From assembly GCA_951406725.2 (NCBI GenBank), contig OX597830.1, forward strand, positions 13,950,001-14,014,000: 64,000 bases of DNA, read 5' to 3'. Numbering within the stretch: the first letter of the stretch is position 1; each line of letters opens with the position of its first letter. The notes beneath the pieces were generated by a model that was not told where the DNA came from, searched no databases, and worked only from the letters and a program-made list of their open reading frames with translations. Source of the DNA: Octopus vulgaris. Its lineage: Eukaryota. Shown piece by piece: positions 39,638 through 52,911 of this stretch. The translations under genes were made by a program, and so were the position numbers.

Positions 39638-40067
39638 GGATCTTTTCGGTTTGAACGGCAGTTTTTAACAATTTTTATGTAACTAAAAAAGTTTAAACTT
39701 CGTAAACTGGTAGAATGTGTTTATAAAACATCTTTTTCTCTTGGCTTTATTGGGAAAATTCTATAGTTTGTAAGATATTTGATCTTTAATTTCTTGCATT
39801 TCGGCAATTTCAACCAATGACCGTCTATTGAGGTGAAAACATTCTGTGCCGTATGAATATGTCCCTCGTTTAAGAAACAGATTGGGTATATTTACATTTG
39901 TGAAGAAAAAAATATACCCTTCCTCCCACCCCTACCCCTACCCCTACCCCTACCCCTAACCCTAAAACAGATTGAAATGCAATAGATCGATACTAGGGTC
40001 ATAATTATGGGTGACAATTTCACATGACACCGCTAAAAAAAAACTTCCGTTCAAACCGAAAAGATCC
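39638..40067 (+). mobile_element. 8-bp-TSD MITE (Merlin-like) with (CCCCTA)n
   Basis: Both TIRs present; TSD CCATTTGC / CCGTTTGC. Confidence 0.93.
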
Positions 40068-40409
40068 CCGTTTGCATATATTTGTAGCTGTCGATTCCAT
40101 TTCGTTTCAGAAGTGAGACGAGTATATTACACTGGTGAGCAGAAAATAATGTCCATATCAGTCGTTCTCCATCACTTTCGGGGCGGCCACGTTTCAACTA
40201 GTTTTCAAGTCTGTTGTGTTTTTAACGCACTACGTCCTGAAAGGGACCTTTCCCAAACGTAATACTACAGCTACATGTGTTTAGCACGCATGCGTTAAAC
40301 ATGAGATATTTATAATGATGTGTATATTATCGAAATACTTCTAACAAGAATTTTGAATTTCATCCTACATGTGTAGGATACATACATACATACATACATA
40401 CATACATAC

Positions 40410-40522
40410 AAAAATACCCTGTTGATGTTGCTGACAGTCCATGAAGGGAGTCTTGGATTTAGGTTAGAAACAGACTCTTTTTCTATTGGCAAGAAACCTT
40501 GAAATAAAACTGAATAACGTTA
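40410..40522 (+). mobile_element. Probable 3' UTR stub of a (CATA)n-associated LINE
   Basis: Flanked by CATA repeats; GTTAGAAACAGACTC...AAATAAAACT resembles 6331-6370. Confidence 0.45.
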
Positions 40523-40556
40523 TACATACACAGACACACAGATGTATATATATATA

Positions 40557-40851
<295 letters not shown>

Positions 40852-40913
40852 TTTGATAGGTTTCGGCCATTATTGGCCCAGGCCATGTCTAACTTAACAG
40901 CACCACCTGGTAT

Positions 40914-40998
<85 letters not shown>

Positions 40999-41170
40999 AT
41001 ATGTATGCATGTATGTATATATGTATCAGTACCGGTCTAATGTAGAAAACAATTGCCCAATGTGTGACGCATTTGAAGCGAACCCAGAATCATGTTGTTG
41101 GGAGCAAACTTCTTTATCACACAACCAACCCTGCGCCAATCAATCGATATATCTGTCTGTATATATCCAT

Positions 41171-41217
<47 letters not shown>

Positions 41218-42509
41218 TTCCGTCTACTTATTTCACTCACACAAAGTATTCTTCTACTCGAATAATAGTGAAAGACATTTTGCCCGATGAGAACTTGTCT
41301 CAACACAACCCAGCTTGATATTTAATTACTGTGGTAAAGTAAAGAGTAACATGAAAATTAAGTTCCTCAAACACCAAGCTATATCATAGAAAATAACATA
41401 GTAAAATTGTCGGCATTCCTATAACCGAATCTATTGTATCTAACCCACGACTATATACTGAAGAATGAAATATCTGCCGTGCTAGACTCAATAACATTTT
41501 CTATTATCATAGGTATTCAATTTAGTCTTGCTTAGCAGCCAAAACGGGGACAAGAGAAACTGCTTTCAATACGGTTAATGAAGAAGAAACATTAACACGA
41601 ATGACATCAATATTCCTCTTTTTGGCAAAATACGAAAAATCTAGGTATAGTAACAAAACTACTGCACTCAAATTATGAACTAAGCGAAGTTATATCAGAT
41701 TTTAAAAAAAGTATCAGTCGAAGCTTGTCTGACACAAGACATCTCGTAATTTATTCATATTACCACTATTGATATCACTACTTAAGCAGTAATACTTCCA
41801 GTAGATATTACAGAAATAGTAATAGCATGTCTGAGAAGAATAGCGGGAAAATAGCATATTACCACTTTAGGTTAAATTATCACATGATATCTCCTATCTT
41901 CTAAGCAGCAAAAGCGAAAGAAATACCTCACTTAATTGCTCGTAAACTAAAAGAGCACCATTTGAGATAACAGATGATGGACTTCCCTAGAAATACGGAG
42001 TCCGTAAAGATATTCCACGTGATCACCGTCAATCGTCCCTCCGGTGCCACTACCATCTGGTCATTAACAAATACATGTTAGCGGCAGAAGCAATATTAAT
42101 ACCGAGAGGTAATATTTATCCCGATTTAAACGATGTCCGGATTGTTCAAACAGCTTGTTTTCATTGTATGTGGCGCAGTATAGCTTGTTCTAGCAGAACA
42201 GCCACATTTAAGTACGGATAAATATAATCAGCTGGTCTTGGGATTGCACGATACTGCAAACTCTCCAACAAGACCTCAGGCTTGAGGGTACACCATTTGG
42301 GAGTCCTGTAAGGAGACCTCAGTAAGATATGAAAGCAAATTCTTCAAAATCAAACTTCGAGTAGGAATACAATATACCAACAGAATCTTATGTATGGCTA
42401 TATTAATCAAAAACTAGGGAGTAATACCAATATCGGTAGGATAATAGCTGTGGCATCATAGTACATTTCCAAAGTTATGCTGTTGAAAATAAGGAATGTT
42501 TTAAGAAAT

Positions 42510-42850
42510 ACTGTTGAAGAAAAACGATTGTGATTGTTTTCAAATACCAAATTCAGACCCAAAATGTCGCTTATATGCGAAAAATATTACACATGTAACA
42601 GGCAGCTGCAGGACAATGTTATCAAGCAGATGATATCTTTGTGATTCTGTTGTCAAAACAGTATACGATGTTATACGTAAGAAGGTCTGCCTTGAGATAA
42701 AGCTAAACAATATTTCTGATGTTGAATATGTCTGCTACAAGACAAGAAAGAATAATAGACTTGCACTAAACACAATCATTGCAGACTAAGAATAAATGAT
42801 TAGGACAGAAGTAAGAGTTGTTTTCTGTTGTGCAAGTCAATGTCTTTTAA
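42510..42850 (+). pseudogene. Highly decayed RLE LINE zinc-knuckle region
   Basis: DPKCRL...HVTGSCRTMLSSR...DSVVKTVYDVIRKK, read across frameshifts. Confidence 0.55.
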
Positions 42851-42996
42851 TAAACTGGGGAGGTGACTGTACTTACATTTCAAAGCAATGAGTCGGACAC
42901 TCAGATGTTCCAACGGCTGAATGGTCATTGAAGAAATTGATAGAGGATTCATGATTCAGTACTTTACACCAGGTATGCATTTTATGTACTATAGAG

Positions 42997-43275
42997 CAGT
43001 GTTTTCCAACCTATTTTACCCAGACTTCACTATAACTTACCAGAAAAATGTATGCCTCACCAGTGTTTGGGGAAAAACAACTTTATTTCAAATATTTTAT
43101 CAGTTATTTAATACCAAAGAACCTACCAGTAACTCTTTCATTAAGTACTGAATGCACAAAAAAAGTACATTATTGATTAACGGAAAAAAATTTTCACAAT
43201 TCCCTGCATCACTTAAAAAATTGGATTCCACGGACCACCACAATTTCCAGAGGCCCCCACCGGTGGAAATAGCTT
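42997..43275. mobile_element. Degenerate hAT/Charlie-like MITE
   Basis: CAGTGTTTTCCAAC start; flanks CTATAGAG / TTCTAGAG resemble the NTCTAGAN target. Confidence 0.5.
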
Positions 43276-43418
43276 TTCTAGAGTGTTTCGAAAGTGTCAC
43301 AGAATCTATACAAATTCTAGTTATATAATAAATAAATACATTGGTTTAGTCAAAGCGGAATTTAAAAGGAAATGATACCGCAAATTCTTCTCTATAGAAC
43401 AAGACGGACACGCACAGA

Positions 43419-43457
<39 letters not shown>

Positions 43458-44127
43458 TACACAGACACACACTCACACACACGCATGAACCTATACAAAA
43501 TACACAAGCATTGGAGGTAATACCAAATTGTTGACAGTTAGTAAAATTAATCATATCTTTCTTTCTTCCGTTTATGTTCACAGTTTTATACTTTATATGA
43601 ATATTTATAATTATACTACATTACACTCTACCATCACGCTTTCTCGACCTCCCTCCTCTCTCTCTCCCACTCTTTCATTTATACATATATGTTTATGTGT
43701 ATATATGTATTCCGTGCACACACAATCACAGACACATATCTATAAAAACTTATTTCATTGAGATTACCAATCAAAGTTTAGTGTATTTTCAAAGCAATAT
43801 TGTTCCAATATATATATACATATATCCTGTATATATCCTATATACAGGTATGCATACATGCTCACACAAATATACACGCAGATATGTATGTATATGTGTA
43901 TATATATGTGTGTGTGTGTGTGTGTGGATACGTGTCTGTATGTGTGTGTGTATATGTGTGCATTTATATATAAGCAGTATTAAGTATTATTCTTCCGTAA
44001 TCATCAATTTAAAATACAAAAAGACATGCGAAACGAACCGAGTGTCTTTCATTTGGGCCTGCGTTCCCTTCTCTCTCAAATTCACTGAAACACATCGCTA
44101 TACACATATATGCAGGCATGTACTTAC

Positions 44128-44169
44128 AAATAAGTTTTCTAGTTTGTATGATCATAAGCGTAAAGCTAT
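44128..44169 (-). other. Candidate 42-nt exon
   Basis: Acceptor TATGTTTCTATTCAG, donor GTAAGT; open only in phase 1, matching the candidate upstream exon. Confidence 0.3.
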
Positions 44170-44850
44170 CTGAATAGAAACATATAGATCAACCATTATA
44201 AAGTATGTTTAATCTTTAATAAAAAAAAAAATGTTAGCCTAATTTTCTTTTCCTTATTAAAAGATGTTTTAATGACATTTACTTGAACAAAATCTGTAAC
44301 ATAATTTTAAAACCTACATATGATGTATTTTTTGAGACCAACATCGATTTTTTTAAATAGATGTTTATTTCTTTGAATATAATGTTCTTAACTTTTTTTT
44401 AATTCGCTATTCCAACTTACATTAAAAATTAGTTTCGTAATTTTTTTTTCTATATTTCACAAATATCTTTCATATTTTATGATTGCTTCAGTAATAATTA
44501 TTGAAATTAAAAAAAAGTTGAACTAAAAACATTGAATGTTTCTTTTTTTGCTGTACATCACGTTGAAATTTAATATAGAATAAAATAAAAGCTTCTTCTG
44601 TATTGATCTCTTTGTTGTATCAGGAATAAATGGGCCAAGAAGAAAATCTCATAGTCAGACTTAAAAAAGCAAGTTGCTATATGGAGTAGTTGTCTTGTAC
44701 TGTTAAAATTGTTAGTTCAGCGTGGAATAAAAAAAGGGAAAAAATTTTTTATGTATTCCTATATTTTTCTTTATTTTAGACATTTATTTTACTTACTTCT
44801 ATTTTATCTTTTTAATTAACTATGTATTTTTATTCCTGGCGTTAACTTAC

Positions 44851-44960
44851 GCTTGTGATCATACATATTTTGTACTGAAGCCGCAACTCTTTGGTATCGC
44901 CGTAAGGAAACGGATATCTCTCAACGTCTGAGCGACGACTAAGACAGGCTAGCGTTATAC
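44851..44960 (-). other. Candidate first exon with ATG at 44866
   Basis: CAAAAT-ATG TAT GAT CAC AAG C|GTAAGT; the 5' boundary is a guess. Confidence 0.3.
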
Positions 44961-45040
44961 TCATACCTTCAACCGAGCCAATGACGAATTCTCCTGGCGA
45001 TTGTTTGATCAGCTAAGAATAACAGCCAATCGGTCTGCTC
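44875..45040. promoter_or_regulatory. Promoter-like segment: two CCAAT boxes, CRE half-site, CpG enrichment
   Basis: AGCCAATGA at 44976-44984 (overlapping TGACG) and AGCCAATCG at 45024-45032; many CpGs in non-repeat DNA. Confidence 0.45.
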
Positions 45041-45399
45041 ACTAGAAAAAAAAAACCCAACAAACTGTTTAGGGCCTTTCTTTCTTGTTCGAAATATTAG
45101 GGGAAATATTTTGTTGACAAATGATAAAAAGTGGGTATAAGTGTTCGTTAGGTTCACATTTGTGTTTAGTTTTGTTCCTTTATATCAGTGCGCATCTCGT
45201 TCAAGAATTAGTTAAGTCATATTTCTTGACTGATGTTCAGAGATTGCCTCTACTCTATCCAGACTATTTTTCAGCTAGTCACGTGTCATTACATATAATA
45301 TTGAATTAGCGTCAGTTACTTGAATGAATGAGTGAAATCCAAAATATTGACCAGGCTTAGTTGGGAGAAGCTAATAGAACTAATATAATATATATATAC

Positions 45400-45460
<61 letters not shown>

Positions 45461-45463
<3 letters not shown>

Positions 45464-45678
45464 CTTTATTGCCCACAATAAACATAGAAGGGACAAACAA
45501 GGACAGATAAAAGGATAAGTCGATTACATCGACCCCAGTGTGTAACTGGTATAATTTATCGACCCCGAAAGGATGGAAGGTAAAGTCGACCTCGGCGGAA
45601 TTTGAACTCACAACGTAGTGACAGACGAAATACGGCTACACATTTCGCCCGGCGTGCTAACGTTTCTGCCAGCTCGCC
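45461..45678 (-). mobile_element. SINE family B
   Basis: Reverse-complement head, core and tail. Confidence 0.9.
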
Positions 45679-45679
45679 A

Positions 45680-45876
45680 GGGAGAGTTTACGAAAAAAAC
45701 AACAACAAAAGACGAAGACAGGTGGTGTACAAAACAAACAGATGTATTAGTATAACGCTCAGGAATGGAGAAAGTGTTTTACGTTTCGAGCCTACGCTCT
45801 TCTACAGAAAGGGACACAGAAAACAAGGAGAGAAACAAGAAGAGAAAAACATGTGTGTAGTGGCTAACGATGTATC
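45680..45876 (-). mobile_element. Family D repeat with hammerhead-like motif (45776-45811)
   Basis: Motif identical to the 40646 copy. Confidence 0.75.
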
Positions 45877-45889
45877 TACATATGTATGT

Positions 45890-45933
<44 letters not shown>

Positions 45934-46696
45934 GAGGAGAACTATAATTCACCATAATTGAAAGTAATAAAGAGAATATTTTAAAAATTGCTAAGTTGTT
46001 ACGAAAAACAAGTTGGTTTTTCTGTTTTCTTGTGGGCCAAACACAAACCCATTTGATTTGCTTTAAAAATCTCAATGAAATAAGTTTTTATAGAGGACAA
46101 GAACAGTCACAAACACATACACACACACATACACACATAGAAATATATAATCGACGGGCTTCTTTCAGTTTCCATCTACCAAATCTACTCACAAGACTTT
46201 GGTCGGCCCAGAGCTAAAGTGGAAGACAGTTGTGCAAGGTGCCACGCAGTGAGATTGAGACCAGAACCATGTGATTAGGAAGCAAACGTCTTATCATCAC
46301 ACCTTTGTATTTTGATGTAACTAACTGAGGGATCTTCCTTTACAATTTATTTACAATTAAAGAGGTCATCATTGAGTTTGTAATTCAAAGAATAATGGAT
46401 TTTATAGTTGTGGTTCCTACTATAGCTACAACAAAACTATTCTTCTTCTTTTTTACTGTTTCGATTCAGATTTTCTTCCGTGGTATTGATATATTTCTTA
46501 TAGATACCAGCATAACAGATACACTCTTGAGACGGATATCTCTACTGTTGTGACAGAATAGTTATTTCAGCGAATACGATCGAATAACCAGTTATTTAAA
46601 AACGTTAGTCAATAGTAGTTTTAATTCAGGAAAATGCAGTCAGCGCATTTTCAAAGGTATGTCTCTAGCACCGACTATGCGATTGTTCATGTGCAC

Positions 46697-46735
<39 letters not shown>

Positions 46736-46736
46736 T

Positions 46737-46777
<41 letters not shown>

Positions 46778-47199
46778 ATGCGTGTGTGTGAGTCCATTTT
46801 TAGGCAAACACTTCCCACTGTCCACTCGGATTTTTGGTCTTAAATTTTGTTTTAATTTTGCGACGAATCCCGCTTCAGTATCTATGGATCAGACAGAAAG
46901 ACTTATGTTACATGCCGTCCAACTGAAGAATTCCATCCTTTGTGTGTCAAGAAACTGGCGCAAGCGAGAGGTGTGTGTGTGTGTGTGCATGAGGGGTGGT
47001 GGTGGTAATGGTGTGGTCGCGTTCAGCAGATCAAGTGTTGGTCCAATTGTGTTAGTAAATGTAATCTATCTGCAGTTAGTAAATGAAAATGTGCCGTTGT
47101 AATTGAAAATAATGAATGTGGAACTAGATAGTAATAATAAATTCGTTGATCATAAATTTTCAATTGAAACAACATAATATTGGTGTGGTCTTAAACTTT

Positions 47200-47605
47200 T
47201 ACTATGAAAATATCAAGGGAAGAAAATTTAGAGAAACAATCTACTGAAGTCCAGCATGCGTAATAAAGTCAATAAATAGCATATATTTCATGTAGATTAG
47301 TGTACATTTTTATACCCAAAAGAAGTAACCTTAACAGGACACCTTACTTGCTGCAACGGGCAGTCAAAGCCCAAACCAGGAATAAGAGAAATTTCAAAGG
47401 GAATGAAAAGTAATTATTCTCATTCGTGGTTTAGGCTTTAACTGCCTTTTCCAGCATGTAAGGTGTCCTGTTAAGATCACCTCTTTTGTGTTTAAAAACG
47501 TACACTAATTTATACGAAAAATATGTTGTCTATTGACTTTATTACGCATGCTGGCCACCGGTACAATATTTCTCTCAAATGTCTACACTTAATATTTTCA
47601 TAGTA
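47200..47605. repeat. About 180-bp-arm diverged inverted repeat, same family as 31290-31688
   Basis: CCAGCATGCGTAATAAAGTCAATA vs TATTGACTTTTATTACGCATGCTGG; CTTAACAGGACACCTTAC vs GTAAGGTGTCCTGTTAAG. Confidence 0.9.
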
Positions 47606-47618
47606 TATATGTATATAT

Positions 47619-47808
47619 AGGGAGAGTTTACGAAAAAAACAAAAGACGAAGACAGGTGGTGTACAAAACAAACAGATCTAGTAGTATAACGCTCAGGAAT
47701 AGAAAAAGTCTTTTACGTTTCGAGCCTACGCTCTTCTATAGAAAGGGACACAAAAAAAAACAAGGAGAGAAAAAAATGTGCGTAGTGACTAACGATCTAT
47801 CATGGCGA
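47619..47808 (-). mobile_element. Family D repeat with hammerhead-like motif (47710-47745, G5A)
   Basis: Minus strand CTTT-CTATAGA-A-GAGC-GTAG-GCTC-GAAA-CG-TA-AAAG. Confidence 0.75.
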
Positions 47809-47879
47809 ATGTATGTATGCATGTATGTATGTATGTATGTATGTATGTATGTATGTATGTATGTATGTATGTATGTATG

Positions 47880-47952
<73 letters not shown>

Positions 47953-48404
47953 TTTATTAAAGTGCAGCAAAAATATCACATATGTATGTCTACGAAATCT
48001 ACTCACAAGGCTTTGGTCGACCCGAAGATTTAGTAGAATATACTTACGCAAGGTGCTATGCAGTGGGACTGAACCTGGAACCATGTGGTTAAAAAATCAA
48101 GCTCCTGCCTATATATATATATATGGAACAAAAACGCAATAGAGGGCACTATTAAAACGTCGGACAGATAGATGATAGGACAGGCAAAAAAGACGGGTCA
48201 TTCTTGGCTTTCTTTCATCGGTCAAGTCCCAGGTGTCACGGCCATTTCGGGCACTTACACTTGACATGGTTCAATCTGTTTGCTCCACAAAAAGTCTAAG
48301 CTAAGAGCATTAGACCCTTTTTTAAAGTAATCTAGCGAATTTGTACGGCAACAAAGACAAAAAAAACAAACAAAAACAAAACGGAGAACATGGTACACAA
48401 TTAC

Positions 48405-48451
<47 letters not shown>

Positions 48452-48609
48452 CACGTATGTATAAAAGTATGTATAAATGTATATATAAATACATACAGAG
48501 TGATAAATAGATAGCTAAAATATGAGAAAGTGCTCTGAGTATATATTTGTCCCTTTTCAGCCATCTATCTCACCCCATTGCTAACAATACGCCAATCTGT
48601 GTCCACCCC

Positions 48610-48698
<89 letters not shown>

Positions 48699-48802
48699 AT
48701 ATCTATCTATCTATCTATTTATCTATCTTTCTACCTATCTATCTACCTATCTGTATCTATCTATTCTGTTCGACATCTCTATTTTACTGTGACTATTTTG
48801 TC

Positions 48803-48833
<31 letters not shown>

Positions 48834-49430
48834 GCTCTTTCACTCCCTCTCTTTCTCTCTCTTGCTCACCACTTTATTTTCTAGTTTTCACTAGTTCTTT
48901 CTTTTATTCGCTTTAGTCTTTCGATCTCTTATTCGTTTTCTCTCATTCTCTCCTTACTTCCAGCATTCTCTTATTTCCTTTCGTCGTACCTCAGTCTCTC
49001 TCTCTCTCTCTCTTTCTGCCTTCCGCCCTTCCACTTCATTCTATTGCTGTATTTCCTCTTCCTACAAACTCCTCTATTACCCTCTCCTCCTCTACTTCTC
49101 CACCGAATTCTCTTCTTTCTCTCTTCACCCATTCTAAATCTCTCATTTCTAAATACACACTCTCTCTCTCTCCTTTCACTCGCTCCTTCCTATGTTTCTC
49201 TCTATCTTCGTTATCACACCCCATCTTTCTTCTTATCTTCATTTTCGCATCTTTCTAACGTATCCTTTTCATTTTTTAATCTATATTTCTACCTTCCTTT
49301 TTTCATTTCCTCACATTGTCTGTGGTTTTCTCTCCCTCGCCCTCACTAACTCTTTTCTTCTCTCTCAATATATTCTTATTTTCCCTTTCATCTCATTCAC
49401 ACTCACGTGTCTTTTACTCTTTCTGTATTT
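48610..49430 (+). repeat. (CTAT)n microsatellite followed by about 600 bp of pyrimidine-rich low-complexity DNA
   Basis: Direct reading. Confidence 0.9.
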
Positions 49431-49576
49431 ATCTGTAAAAATATACCAACGCTCTACATCACGTGGATACACATTCAATTCCTTACTTAAGTACATACAT
49501 ATATACAAATGTACAAGTATATATACGTATCTACTCATGCACACTTATGTATAATATACACATTTAAGTATATATT

Positions 49577-49635
<59 letters not shown>

Positions 49636-49655
49636 TATATAATATATATATATAT

Positions 49656-49754
<99 letters not shown>

Positions 49755-51283
49755 CACATATATATATATACATATATATATACATATACATATATATATA
49801 TACATATACATATATATATATATACACAAAACAACGCTCATGGTCCCCATGTATGCATATATATAGACAGTTTTTGTAGGTATTCATTCATATTCGTGTG
49901 TGTGTGTATACTTGTGTTTGTATGTGCCTGTTTATGTATATTCTTTGATCAGATTGATATAAAAGTTTAAAAAAAAGACATTTATGAAGAACATAAAAAT
50001 TAGGAGAATTATTGTTTCCCTGAGGGTTATATTTCGACTAACGATGCCAAGATTCTCTGGTATACAATGTACGATGTATAGACAGACCCTTAGGCGGCAT
50101 TGTTTGTTGTACGTTGAAAAACCGCCTCCAACATATAGGCCGCTGTGTAAATAATGAAACTTTGAAGAAAGATATCATTGGGGGGCAACACAAAGGAGTG
50201 TTAAAAAACACCCTCTTAACAACCGTTTCTTACTGAACGAACAGTTGATTTCACAAAAATTATGACTCATTTCATACGTCCCGAAATTTTGAAGAGAATA
50301 TACCATGGAAAAGGGAAAAAGACAACAATAAAAGTACAAAATTTATTTTTAACTGGTTTGAGAGTGTATTTATTTCTATTTCCACCTATCTTTTTCTCGG
50401 AATCCAAATATTATAATATATATCACTACAGTTAAATATATAAAGTATTTCTATTGAATATATTTCAAGCGCCAGACTGTTAGATATGCAAAAAAAAAGA
50501 AGAATAGAGAAAAAGAAATAAAAAATAAAATATCCAAATTTCCTGAAAGCTGCAGAAATGTTCCATGATGTATATAAAAATAAGTGCAAAAAATACTGCC
50601 GTAGGGTATGCACAAATTTAATAAGTTTGTGTAATAAAATATATGAAGCGCTTGTACACATCAGAAAGTATGTTGAATATAAACTAAAAACATACAAATT
50701 AAAAACATTAAGCGGTCATATTTAAACATCACATGAATAGAGATAAAATAATAAAAATTTACCTAAAAATATCACATTAAGAATTATTTCGTTTTATTTG
50801 ACTTTATCTTTTCTGCTTTGTTTTCCTTTGTATTGTAGATGTTTTACAATGGAAACACACAAACAACTGTCAATGCTGTTTTGTTTGTTTGGTTTTTAAG
50901 TTCATAGAAAAGAACTTCTGTCAATAAACATTGTTAGTGTGAATTTAAAATTAAATGAAAAATGCAATGAAGTACTTGTTGGCTAATATTTGAAATAGTT
51001 TTGAAATTTGAAAAACCTAACATTTCGAGCGATGAAAAGTCTGATCAAACTGCTATCAGTTCGTTTCATAAACACAATGTGATGCGTACCTCATAAATGT
51101 ATAGTTTATTTCATAATGTAGGTAATTCTAGGTTTTAACACTCAAATTCATATGCTGCATTTATCTTCAATCAACCTGATGTAAAGAATTGTCATGCGAA
51201 AGTATGTCAAGAAGAGAAATGGATAGAAAAAGAAAACAAGCCAACGGTGAATGGATGAGAATTGCGTTTATATGTGTGTCTGG

Positions 51284-51470
51284 AGGCGGTGGGCTGGCTG
51301 GCAGAGTCGTTAGCATGCAGGGCAAAATGCTTTGTGGCATTTCGTCCGTCTTTACGGTTTGAGTTCAAATTACACCCGGGTCAACTTTGCCTTTTCATCC
51401 TTTCGATGTCGTTAAAATAGGGCACTGGGGTTGATGTAATCGACTGACCCCTTCCCCTGAAAATGAAAAC
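51284..51470 (+). mobile_element. SINE family B, degenerate (inverted partner at about 51657-51790)
   Basis: Head and core recognisable. Confidence 0.8.
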
Positions 51471-52189
51471 CTTTGCCTTGATTCTGATTTGAAGCTCGTT
51501 ATTTGGGAATGATTTCTACGTAGTAACAAAAGACAATTGTTATAGGTGGACGGCTACATACATGAGTTGCGTATAATGCTAATTTTATTTTGCCATCAAC
51601 TTCAATTAGATGTCCTTGCAAAATATCAATTGAATAGCCCTGAAGTAAGTATATATTGGTTTAAAATTTTGGCACAAAGCCAGCAATTTCGGGGAGACGG
51701 TAAGTCGATTCCATCTACCTCAATACTCAACTGGTTTTTTTTATTATGTACCTCGACGAAGTGGTGAAATGCGAACTCAAAACGCAATTCATTCACCGTC
51801 CTCAGACAAAGGCAATGAAGAAGCTAATGAAGAAGTCTCTAAGTAGTAATTTCCTTATTAGAAATAGCAGTCACATTTCCGCAATATTTAAAGAAGAACA
51901 CATTGGTTAGTGTAGACCTAACATACAATCTGGATGGTCTGAAATGTCCTTTGATCATACACCTGATGCATCAAGGCTGACTGACAACCAAACAACAATA
52001 AAACGACAGCGTAATTATTCCGCTTTCAGAGAAGCATAACGAACTTCCGATACATATCCACATAACAGGCTTGTATCTGAGGACACAAACTTTCAAAATT
52101 GGTCACTAGTTTCTTATTATAGCGTTGTTCTATCGGAGAGTCATATTTGAGGCTGTTCGCCTGCTATCGGGATTAGCGAGAGGAACCAA

Positions 52190-52243
52190 ATGAATCAGGT
52201 TCTTTTTATGAATCAGGTTCTTTTTATGAATCAGGTTCTTTTT
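52190..52243 (+). repeat. 3 x 18-bp perfect tandem repeat
   Basis: ATGAATCAGGTTCTTTTT x3. Confidence 1.
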
Positions 52244-52271
52244 AACAGTGGTAACCTATGCATAAATTCTG

Positions 52272-52648
52272 TGGAGGCGGAATGGCCCAGTGGTTAGGGC
52301 AGCGGACTCGCGGTCGGAGGATCGCGGTTTCGATTCCCAGACCGGGTGTTGTGTGTGTTTATTGAGCGAAAACACCTAAAGCTCCACGAGGCACCGGCAG
52401 GGGTGGGTGGCGACCCCTGTTGTACTCTTTCACCTAAACTTTCTCTCACTCCACTCTTACTTCCTGTTTCTGTTGTACCTGTATTTCAAGGGGCCGGCCT
52501 TGTCACTCTCTGTGTCACGCTGAATATCCCCGAGAACTACGTTAAGGGTGCACGTGTCTGTGGAGTGCTCAGCCACTTACACGTTAACTTCACGAGCAGG
52601 CTGTTCCGTTGATTCGGATCAACCGGAACCCTCATCGTCGTAACCGAA
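52272..52648 (+). mobile_element. SINE family C
   Basis: tRNA-like head; homologous to 25892-26273. Confidence 0.95.
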
Positions 52649-52911
52649 TATTCGGAATCTTGGCATACTGAGAGGTTTCGTATGGAGGCCATACATTGAC
52701 TACTAATATTGCTACCCAGCATTCAGTATTACAAATAATTAGCAGTGTTTAACTTTGTTTTTCATTGTGCCTTTTAATTTGTTTATAACTTATTAATCAA
52801 AATTGAAAAGCTCCTTATTCTTCAAAAGAAAACGATTGTCATCAGTTCGTATCGTGTTGCTGCTACACAATATAACGATAGTATAAAATTAGCTAACTAT
52901 CAAATTCATAC

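Noticed and set aside
39925-39965. Telomere or chromosome-fusion site
   Set aside because: Only a few units, always internal to the MITE
40852-40912. Minus-strand CTG-GGCCA-ATAA-TGGCC-GAAAC between (TA)n tracts
   Set aside because: A stem II and GAAA are present but most of the CUGANGA box and stems I and III are missing
52190-52243. Short direct repeats as a CRISPR array
   Set aside because: No spacers, eukaryotic context, no cas genes
52272-52345. tRNA-like sequence (also at 26200-26273 and 6685-6757)
   Set aside because: These are SINE heads continuing into SINE body, not standalone tRNA genes
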